The notes beneath the pieces are model-generated. The model ran no database searches. It saw nothing but the letters and a program-made list of their open reading frames with translations, and was not told the DNA's origin. Source: Fonticula alba ATCC 38817 (taxonomy: Eukaryota; Protista; Nucleariida). From it: a stretch of 64,000 nucleotides of DNA. The stretch lies in the NCBI GenBank assembly GCA_000388065.2, contig KB932202.1; one strand, 5' to 3'. A program made the position numbers and the translations under genes. Below, piece after piece: positions 12,875 to 23,169 of this stretch. Within the stretch, counting starts at the first letter, position 1; each line of letters starts with the position of its first letter.

Positions 12875-13075
12875 CTACTGGTCCTTGGGCTTCGTGTGGG
12901 ACCGAGACGCCGAAGAGGCAATTCTCCTCCCGGGGGCCGGCTTGCTGGACGCGGTCGTGGTGCCGTCGCTCATGTCCAGGATGTTGGTGTACCGAAGAAT
13001 GAACCAGGCCTCTGCCACGGCAGTGACGATGGCACTGAGGATTGACAGCAGTACACGCTGGGAGGGAGGGAGGAA

Positions 13076-13114
<39 letters not shown>

Positions 13115-14328
13115 GCACGGTCAGGGCAGGGGCACGTCAGCAGCATGAGGCACCTGACGGCAGGCAAGAGACACGGGGGAAAACGCACGATGGCCATATC
13201 GCCAGAGGCATACTTGGAGGCCGCAAAGACCGCACCCCCGACACCGAGGACACTGAACATCATATTGATGATGGCAGTGATCTGCCGGCTTTGAGTGCGG
13301 ATTTCACTGATGTCCAAAATGTTGGTCGTGTCCGAGGGGCCCTGAATTGGAGCAGACTGCCGGGCCCACAAGGGACAGTCCATTCGGAGGACCATATGCA
13401 CAATCAATGGTCAGAGGGGAGCGGTTGTGGCATGTTGGCAAGGGGCGGAAGGGGCAGCAAGACAGCGGGTACACACCGTGCCAGCCAAATCACCGGTCCG
13501 CTTGCGGATGCCCTTGCCCACCATCTGGGCGTAGTCCGTGGCATCGAGCTGATCGCGGAGTTTTTGCAAGCGGGCAACCAGCTGAGGGTCCTGTGACAGG
13601 GAAGGAGGGCGGTTAGGGAGAGGGAAAGGCATCGAGGATCGTGCGGGGGGCGGGTCGGGGTGAGACTGAACATACCCGGTGAACACGGACCGGGGCAGGC
13701 CATTCAAGGCCGCCGGCCTCCCCGGCGCACAGTCGGCGCAGAGGAATCCCTGATGGGGGGGGGGGGGGGAGAGGGGTGGTCAGGGTCAGCGCCGAACGTG
13801 ACAGCGAGATAGTGGCAGGGATGGTGGTGAGGCGAGGTCTGTCGATCGAGATGGCAAATTGCCACACACCAGATAGGGTGGAGATCTTCCGAAGCGTGTC
13901 CAGATCCGACGAGACACTGGAGCCAGCGGGTGGGGAAGAGGAGAAAGGGGAACAGGACGGGGCGGAGCCCGTGGCGTCAGGGGAGAGGAATGGGCGGGGA
14001 TGTCCATGCAAAAAGCATGGGGAAAGACCATCTGGAGGCTTGCGCACCTCTCGCCGGACTTGAAGGAGGAGATGGACGCCTCGAGGGAGGTCAGCCAGTC
14101 GCGATGAACCGTTTGGCCGCGGTGTGTCAGAGTGACGGCGGCAGCCGAGGCGGTCTCAAAGCCGGAGGCCAGGTCGCTGGCCAGATCCCCGGCAATGGCG
14201 GCCGTTGTGGGGGTCCAGCGAAGCGATACGCCAAAGGCTTGTGGGGTCCGGTACACCGGGGCGAGGAAGTCGGGCTCCTCAGCCGGGGTGTCGGCGAGCC
14301 GGGGCGCGTCGGCCGATGTGGCGCGCAT
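12875..14328 (-). CDS. VMA12: V-ATPase assembly factor Vma12/TMEM199-like (multi-exon)
   Basis: Contains DPQLVARLQKLRDQLDATDYAQMV, then IRTQSRQITAIINMMFSVLGVGGAVF and RVLLSILSAIVTAVAEAWF (two C-terminal TM helices), matching the Vma12 pattern. The 5' exons are less certain. Confidence 0.8.
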
Positions 14329-15977
14329 GTTGTGTGGTAGGGGTGCGAGGACGGGAGGGGGAGGGGGGGGGAGGGGGAGGAGGAGCGGGGGAGGGGACAG
14401 GGATGGCACGCGGGCTGGAGGAGGGCGGGGAATACGGGCAAGCCTTGGCGGGGACACGGTCTTGCCCCACCTGCAAATGTGTCTGTGATCTTCCTGCCAG
14501 GGGAGGGGGCCAGCCTCGGCCCGGCGCTCTGCCTCGCCGACCGGAGATTGCCCCAGACTTTTTCCCCTACCTGGGAGGGCATGGTCCGATCGGGGTGGGT
14601 GGGTGGGAGGGGGGGGGGGGGCGGGTTTGATCCCCCCCCGCCCATGTAGGCGGCCTTGGCGCCGCGGTCAGCCGGGGCGTGTGCAAGTGTGCGTGTGTAT
14701 CTGCGGCTCTCTGGGCTCTTGGGGGGGGGGCGGGGGGCGTCGAGCGGCTTCCCTGCTCAGTGGGCGGCTCGGTCCTGGACGATGATCATGCCGCTAGATC
14801 AGGCTGGACACGCACAGGTTGGGCACTCGCCAAGCGATGCCGATTTAGGTGGAGTCTATGGTCACGTACGGGGCATTGCGCACGTATCTCAGCTCACGCG
14901 ATCACAATCGACTTGGCGGCGCTCCCTCTCTGGGATGCAATAGCATTCTTCTTGGCGCACACAGCCCCTTCGTGTTTTCGGTAGTGGTGGGCGTGAGAGT
15001 CAGCGAGACCTACGCACTACCCCCCTCCCTGTAGCCGGATGTATTTTTCGGCAGGGACGGCCCCCCGCGTTCCGTCCGTGTGTGTCCCTCCTTCCAGCTG
15101 CTCTGCCCCCCCCCCCCCCCCCCGGGGAGCGGGGCGCGCGCCTGCCCACATGCCGGTCGCCTTGTTTGGGCGCTTGGTCCCGGAGATGGGCCGTGTATCC
15201 GCCGCCGGGCCAAAACCATGATGACTGGTTGAATGCCCGAGGAGAAAGGCCAAGATGATGGGCATGGGAGCCCGATTCGCCGGCACCCCAGGCATGACAC
15301 GCTCCTTTCCCGCCCCCATTCACGGGCCGAAATCCTCAGCCCGGAACCCGACCACAGCCCGAACACCGACCGCGACTTTGCCGATCCGTCATTCTGCCGT
15401 GATCCGCCCGGCCAGCGTGTGCTCAATTCCCCACGCAATGGGCGCGTGGCCGGGCGAATTGGGCCGCGGCCGGGCGCATGCTCCACCAGAAGTCCGGAGG
15501 GGGGGGGGCGCAGGGGCGAGGGGGGGAGGGGGCGGGGGGGGGGGGTGCCCACGCAGGATGGCAGATGCCCTGCCCTGTTGTTCTGGATCAGTGGGCCACC
15601 ACGCACACGCGCACACCCACACTTGGGGGAAGACCTGTGAGAGCGGACCCCTGGCCCAGGCCTAGGCCCCCCCCCCCCCCCCCCCCCCCTCCGCTGTTCC
15701 CTTCAAATGGGCCTGGCACGGCCCCCTCTGCCGTGCCAGGATTTTCCTCTTCCTGAGTATCTGCCAGAGGCCGCTCCGCGTTTGAAAACGTCCCAGCGCA
15801 CCCCCCTCCTGCCGCATCCAATACCCGGCACCCCCCCCCCAGTCCTCAGCCACCCTCCTGTTGTGTTCCTTCGTCTTCTGCCGTGCTTCCTCCCCTCCTC
15901 CCCTTCTCTACTCCTCCCCCCTCCCCCGGCCGCTTTCCTGCACACCCGCGCGGCTCTCTCCCGGCTTCTTGCCGACC

Positions 15978-17912
15978 ATGTCCTCCCGATCGATCTCGGC
16001 CTCCTCGGTCATCATCGAGGATTCCGCCATCCTGAGCCCGCAGCCGCATTCGCAGCAGCCAGATCATGAGCCGAGCCAGTTCTCCGGTGACACCGGCAGC
16101 TCCCTGGTCCCCGGGTCGAGCCAGGGCGCCAAGAAGCGCTCGACCCAGGCCTCGCGCGACTCGGTGATCTGCCTCAACTCGGCCACCGGCGCCAGCGGGA
16201 CTCGCATTCGTTTGGAGGACATCAGCTCCACTCGGACCACGGTCACCATGGTGAACACCGACGATGCGTACCAGCTCGAGCCGCTGGGCGTCCAGTACGT
16301 CCATCACCATCGCCATCGCGCGTCATTGTCTCTCCGCCGGGCGGCCCCCACGCCGATGGCGCTGGCATTTGCCCATGCCTGACCTCCCCTCCTGCTCCCT
16401 CTCGTGCGGCTCTCTGCCAGCAGGAAGACCCAGAAGAAGTCCTCGACCGGCAGTGGCGACAGCCTCCGCCAAGAGCAGCAGCCTCTCATCGACTTCGAGA
16501 AGAGCTACGTGGATGTCGAATCATCCAGCTTCCTGAAGCTCAAGCGCTCGACGCGGGATTTCTACTCCAACCAAAACGACGAGATTGATAGTGCGTGTCT
16601 GCCGTACTCTCCGCCCCCGCCCCCGCCCCCGCCCCCGCCCCCCTTCCCCTCTGCCTCTTCTCCGAATGCTTGGCCAATGATTGACCCCTTTTCCATGGGG
16701 CCAAAGGCTTCCGCCGCTTGCAGGACCTCAACCTGGACGATGATCCGCTGGCCGCGCAGAATGCCCACTCGGAGGCCGAGGCGCGCAAGGCCCGCATCGA
16801 GCGCCTTGTCACCACCGTTGTCCTGGTTACCAATGTCCTTCTGCTGGCCATCCTCCTGACGGCGGTCATCATCTCCGGCGCCCTGTCGCTGGTGGCCTCG
16901 GTGATGGACGCCGCGCTGGATCTCCTCAGTGGCGCGGTCATCATGCTGACCGCGCGCGCCAAGCAGAAGGTCAACTTCTACCGGTATCCCCAGGGCCGCG
17001 AGCGCATCGAGCCGGTGGGGATTCTCGTCTTCTCGGCCATCATGGGCACCTGCTCGCTGATGCTCATCGTCACGGCCGTTCAGCTGATGGCCGGCGAGGA
17101 GCTGGCCCCTCCGGGGCTGGACTGGCTGTCGATCGGCCTGGTGCTCGGCGACATCGCCGTCAAGGCCGGCCTCTACCTCTTCTGCATGTACTATCGCAAG
17201 GAGACCTCCCTGGCCGTGGTCCTGGCCCAGGACCAGCGCAACGATGTCCTGGTCAACTCCGTGGCCCTGGGCTCGGCCGCTCTCGGCACCTATGTCTGGC
17301 CCTACCTCGATCCGATTGGCTCGATCCTCATTGCCCTCTACACGGTCTACAACTGGGGCTCCACCTGCCTCGAGCAGATCACCATGCTGACGGGCCGCAG
17401 TGCTGAGCCTGAGTTCCTCAAGCAGCTGACCTGGATTTGCGTCAACCATGATGACAAGATCGTGGCCATCGACACGGTTCGGGTGCGTAAGGAAGGCGAG
17501 CCCCCGGGGGGGGGGGGGGGGCGATGCTCATGGGCGTGGGCATGGGCGTCGGGATTTGATGTGCATCCTCTTATTAGGTGGTGTTCTGTGGCGGCCTGGC
17601 CATGCTTGGTTCCCCATTCGCGATGTCATTCTAATGCCTTCTGCGCGCCTCCTCCTCGCTTCCTTCCTGTGCTTCTTGCCCGGCCATCCTCCGCGCCAAA
17701 TGGCGCAGGCCTTCCACTTCGGTACCCGGTATCTGGTCGAGATTGATGTGGTCCTCCCGCCGGCCATGCCGCTGGAGGAGGCCCACAACATCGGCGAGGC
17801 CCTCCAGCGCAAGGTCGAGCGTCTGGAGGAGGTCGAGCGCGCTTTCGTTCACCTGGACTACGAGTTTGATCACCATCCCCAGAGTGAGCACAAGACCTGG
17901 GGCGCCAACTAA
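15978..17912 (+). CDS. Cation diffusion facilitator, Mn-CDF (MTP8-11-like) group (4 exons)
   Basis: TM2 [30 protein letters not shown]5 [20 protein letters not shown], and a C-terminal EIDVVLP...[14 protein letters not shown]...[11 protein letters not shown]. The DxxxD/DxxxD site is typical of Mn-CDFs. Confidence 0.92.
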
Positions 17913-18199
17913 TCGCCCAGGCTCTCCTTCGGTTGGCTCTGCCATATCTCCCCCCTTCCTCCCCCCCCCCTCCCCCACCTGGTTCGCCATTTTCTTGTAA
18001 CATATATTTCTTCCCCGGATGTCATCTGCCAAGGTCCGTTTCGTGCGCCAGGGAGATCGGGCAATTTTCTTTTATATGAAGTTCTTGTGCAAGGAGCAGG
18101 CCCGCTCCCCCTGGATGCGGCAGAGGCGCCCTTGTATACAGGTGAGCGAGCACCCCTTCGCGGAGGGGGAGGGGAGGATGGAGGGGGGACCAGTAGAGC

Positions 18200-19232
18200 C
18201 TACGAGGTGAGTGCCTTGGCCAGCGGAAGCACCGGCGACCCCTCGATGCTGGACTTGGAAATGTCCAACGGGTTACCGGATGAGGGGGCCATCAGACCGG
18301 AAGGCTTGGTGGAGATGGTGTTGTCGGCCTCCTTCTTCATGTTCAGACGAGCCTGCGTGTAGACCAGGCCCGAGATGAAGCCTGTGCACATGAGGCACGG
18401 TTAGTGACCTGGACCGGGGAAGGGGGGCACATGAGCCAGGAGCGGTGGTCTGGGGCGCACCAAGGATGATGGACAGTACGGTGCCAACGGTGACGGCATC
18501 ACGNNNNNNNNNNGGAGCGGTGGTCTGGGGCGCACCAAGGATGATGGACAGTACGGTGCCAACGGTGACGGCATCACGATCGAAGATCAGGGGGGGGGGA
18601 GGGGGGGGCGGGAGCTTGTTCAGAGCGCCAGCCATGCTGTCGGGGGGGGGGGGGGGGGCGTGTGAGGCGAGGCGATCCGGCTTTGAGGCAGGCAGGAGCA
18701 GCAAGATGAAGACCCCATGCAGGGAAAAGGGCAGCCGATTGTACCTGTGCGTTGTCGAGGAGGTACAGCGGATGCACCAGATCGAGCAGTAGCCAATGAA
18801 AAAGGACATGGCACCACTGGTGATGATCCAGAAGAGGCCAAGGCCCCAGTCCGGGCGCTTGCTGTGGGTAGCGTGAAAGCAGCAGCAGCAGCAACAGGAG
18901 TGTGTGTGTGCGTGGAAAGAGGAGCGTGAGAATGGGGGAGGGCTGGCATCTTGGCATGTGGGGACGGTAGGTAGGGCGAGGCGCGTACAAGAACTCCACG
19001 ACGGCCGGGAACTCAAGCAGCAGACCACCGGTGGCCATCACCGGCCAGGAGAGCATGTTGTTGTAGAACACCGAGTCCAGGTCCGCAAAGCGAACCCGGG
19101 TGATGATCGACCGCAGGGAGAGCGTGTACACGGCCGACGCCAGCCCATTGGAAATCATCCACGAGTAGCCGACCAGATCGAAGGTCAGGTCGGTACCGGC
19201 AGCGGCGATCGCAGAAAACACCTAGGTATGGG

Positions 19233-19273
<41 letters not shown>

Positions 19274-20147
19274 GCTTGATGCTAATAATGCTGATGATCG
19301 GCCCCTGCCTGGGAGGGCTCTTGAGATCTGGTCCCTGGGGCGGGCCGGGCGCCGGGGAAGCACGGCCGTTGGAGCTGGCGGACCCGGGGAAGCGCCCGGA
19401 TAACGGCGGCTCGGGGGGGGTCAGTGGGTGCGAGTGGCCATCGGAGACATGAGGGAGGCGCACCATCAGAGCAAAGCTAACCAACATCATCGGGGTGACC
19501 TTCGAGCGGAAAATGACCTTCTCGCCGTAGGCCACGAAGATGATGGCCTGGATTGGATGAAAAGTGGAGCCCGGAGGGCGGTAGAGAGAGAGAGAGAGAG
19601 ATGGAAAGGTCAGCGGGGAAGTGGACAATCAAGGAACGGGGGAGACAGAGGGAGAGATGGGGAAGGAGGGGAGAGGGCAGCGGATGACTCTTCGTACCAG
19701 GTTCTTGAAGATGGTGAAGACATGGATGCTCAGATGCTGGAGGCTGGGGCAGGGGGAAGGTGTGACGAGTTAGCGGAGAGGCGGAGGGAGCGAGAGGGAG
19801 GGAGCCATGTGCACATGTGAATGCATGGGGCGGATCTGGGAGTGGCGATTGCACACCTCTTGGTGCCTGTGTAAAGCATAATCACCACAAGCAAGACCAG
19901 GGGCATCCCTAGGGGGCGGAGGATGGGGAGCAGGGGGTGGGGGGAGATATGGAGACGAGAGTCAGACACTTTTGAGGGCAGCCTGGCGGGGCAGTGGTGG
20001 GAATCAAGTACGCACAGAGTTTGACATGAGTCATGGTCAGGCTGCGGAAGTTGACAATGCCGAAGAACTTGGCCAGTAGGAGGAGCACCGTGCAGGTGAA
20101 GTTCTACAGACCGAGACGGGGGAGACGGGGTGAGCAGGCGATACGGA

Positions 20148-20212
<65 letters not shown>

Positions 20213-20415
20213 GCGAGAAGAGGGCGCCAAGAGGGCCGATGGCGGACCTGCGTCGCCAGGAGCGTGAGGTGGAAGCCGTGAACATAGCGCGCGACGACCA
20301 ACTTGTTCAACAGGGTCATCAGGATGGAAATGATGAAGTAGCTGGCCAGGGCGACCGCAGGCTCGATCTTCCCCCAGGCCGAGGCCGAGGCTGGGGATGA
20401 CAGGTTCTTGGCCAT
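18200..20415 (-). CDS. VRG4: Golgi GDP-mannose transporter (Vrg4/GONST-type nucleotide-sugar transporter), multi-exon
   Basis: Contains SILMTLLNKLVV, YTIFKNL, IIFVAYGE, DSVFYNNMLSWP, CIRCTSSTTHSM and the GALNK motif. One exon is disturbed by a duplication across a 10-N gap. Confidence 0.88.
20149..20210. repeat. Long G homopolymer (about 62 nt). Others at 19237-19272, 32754-32816 and 56317-56363
   Basis: Read directly from the sequence. Lengths may be assembly-dependent. Confidence 0.9.
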
Positions 20416-20843
20416 GATAGGGGGGGGGGAGGGCGGAGGGCGGAGGGCGGAGGAGAGGGCGGCGGAGACTGAGGGGCGGCGACGGGACGGGAAGAGGGTT
20501 GGGGGAGGGGACGGGAGCCAGGCACAGCAGATTGGGAGGCAACCCGACCAGTGACTGTGTCGGGCGGCTGAAAAGATGCGCCGACCACTGTAGATCCCAA
20601 CGGAGTGTGTCTTGGCCAGGCCATCGAGGGGGCCGCGGAAAAACAGCGAATTTTGTGTTCATCACGCGCCCGGGGTCATGAGGCAGGAATGCGGTGGCCG
20701 TGGGGGGGGGGGGGTATTTGTATTTATTCTCAAGGACAGGAAAAGAGGGGAAAGGACCCCGCGATGTTTGTGCGTGCGAGGAGGGCCGGGGAGACAGGAN
20801 NNNNNNNNNNNNNNNNNNGGGGCTACTACCGAGCTTTGGCTTT

Positions 20844-23130
20844 TCACTTGCGGGCGTTCGCCCGGGAAGCGCGGCCGGTGCCCGCGGCGGATCGCGTTTG
20901 GCGCGAGCGAAGCATCGGGCTGAGAGAGGTGAGCGGCTCGGTGGAGGGGGCGCGAGAGAGGCGCGACGAGCGTCGGGTTTTCGGCTGCGCCGGGAGGGGG
21001 GCCCCGCTGGCCGGAGCCCCAACCGGCGATAAGCCCGGCGTGCTGCCCCCGGCATCGGCCTCATCCGTGGAGGGGCAATAGTCGGAGAAGTCCGTGTCGG
21101 AGGGCTCACTTAGAGGTGGAGGGGTGGTGTCAGCACGGCGCTTGCGCCCGGCCGACAGCCTTCCGGGAACCGCCGGCACTGGCGCCTGCGACGAGAAGGA
21201 CGCCTGACTGGAAGCGGCTGAGGAGATGCTGCTCGTCGAGGAAAAGGACCCGGAAGAGAAGGACCCGGCAGCCGAGCCGGCGTTCTGGCGCGAGGGGATG
21301 GAGACAACCTCGCTGGGAGTGGGGGAGGACCGAGGCCCATGGAGGGTGAGCTTGACTGACTTTTTGCCAGGGGAAGTGAAGTTGAGAAAAGCGAGGAAGG
21401 GCTGGGGGGGGGGGGGGATAGGAGGTGCCAGGCAGGTCTTTGCCAGGCGAGAGGGACAAACGCACACATCCCAGTCAAATTGCTGGTTGACAACAGCATC
21501 CAGGAGGAAGCCCACGCCGTGCACCGGCAAGTGAACAGGCAAGCTGCGGAGGAGGACGGCCTCTCCGCGGGCTGGCGTGAGGGACTTCTCCGGGGCGGCG
21601 GCGGCGGCGGCGGCGGCAGTCAGGGGAGCCGGTGGCCGGGTGCGCTTTTGACGAGACCCCAGCCCTGTCCCAGCGGGAGCGCCAGCGGTGGATGTGCTTG
21701 CCGATGCCGGCAATCCGGCACGTGGTTTGGTCGTCGCCGCAAGCACGATGTCCTCCGTGTGAAAGAGCTTACCTTCGATGTTGTCGCGCGAAAGGGGCAT
21801 ATACTGGCGACGCAGATCGGGAGAGGGTGAGGGGGGGGGGCACAAGGAGGAGACGGACGGGGAGGAGGGAGGTAAGCATGGGCAGGACACCGCAAGGAAA
21901 CCCGGCGCTGGCTGGGGGCGTGCCAACATACCAGACCTCCGGCCGAGCACACGATTGCGCGAAGTTCCACCGGCGGGGGGACCTCCACGCAATCGGTCAC
22001 GAAAACCGTGCGGCCATTGAGCAGCGGGGTCCGAAGGGCGCGGGATCGGGCCTCCTGAAGCCGCTCATCCCGGATGCGGTAGTCTTGGGGATCTTTCCCG
22101 CAGGGTGACGCAGATGCTCACACATGTCAGACCAGGGGGGGCAGAAAGCCGGCGAAGGGTGGGCAAAAGGGAGGAGGGAGGCGGGGGGCACACCACGCAC
22201 GAGGGAAGTAGCCGAGCGCTCCGGCCGCGACGAGCCAGGACTCGTCCACGATTTCAGCACCCCGGGCGACGGCACAGAGCCACTTGGTCGTCCGGCGCAC
22301 GGGCGCCGGAGCCACCAGGTGCGTGGGGAAGTATGTGTCCGCCGGGCTGGCCAGCATGGTGCCGGAGAGGGACATATTGAGCTTGCTGAGATCTTGCTGC
22401 TGCTCCGGGAACGGGTCCAGCACGGTGGCTCGCAGTCGGCGGGCAATCTGGCGATGGGAGGGGATGTGTGGGCGGGTGAGTGTGATGGGGGTCACCGGTC
22501 AAATGGGTGGTAGAGTGCCACTGGGAGAGAGAGAGAGAGAGAGAGAGAGATGGGAAGCGGGGCAGCGAACGAAGAGACAGCCCGAGGGAGAGACGAACCG
22601 CGGATAGATCCCGCACACGGGATGAGCTCAGCCCAGAGAAAGCGATGCGTGGGTGTGGCTCCGGATCGAAGTAGCAGATACCCTGGGGAATGGCGGCGGC
22701 CGTCGGTGGCGTTGGCGGTGCCTCGAGCTTCGGCTCGACCTGCATCACGGGGCCCGGGGCCCGGGGACTTTCCTCGAGCAGGCAAAGGGCCGAGTCCAAA
22801 AACAGGTGCCGGTGGGGCGAGAGCAGTGTCGCCGGTAGCTCCACCCGCCTGGGGGGGGTGGACGGCACAGGGTCGTGCACCCCAGCCCCGACAGGTGCCG
22901 GCGCCAGGGAGGCTCCAGCTGCTGCCGGTCCGCCCGATGGCACCGGTGCTGCTGCTACTGCTGGCCGATGGTCCACGCGAGAAACGGCAAACGCCGAGCC
23001 TGCCTGATGGAGGGTGATGGCCACCAGCTCGCCGGCGGGCGATGCGGGTGGCGAGACTGGGCCCTCAAGGCAATCATCCCCCCGGGTGGCGTCCGGAGCC
23101 ACGGCGACAGGAGTGTCGGTGGTGGTGGCA

Positions 23131-23169
<39 letters not shown>

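Noticed and set aside
18439-18578. 65-bp direct repeat on either side of a 10-N gap in the GDP-mannose transporter, looking like an exon duplication
   Set aside because: Identical copies abut a fixed-size gap, the classic signature of unmerged overlapping contig ends.
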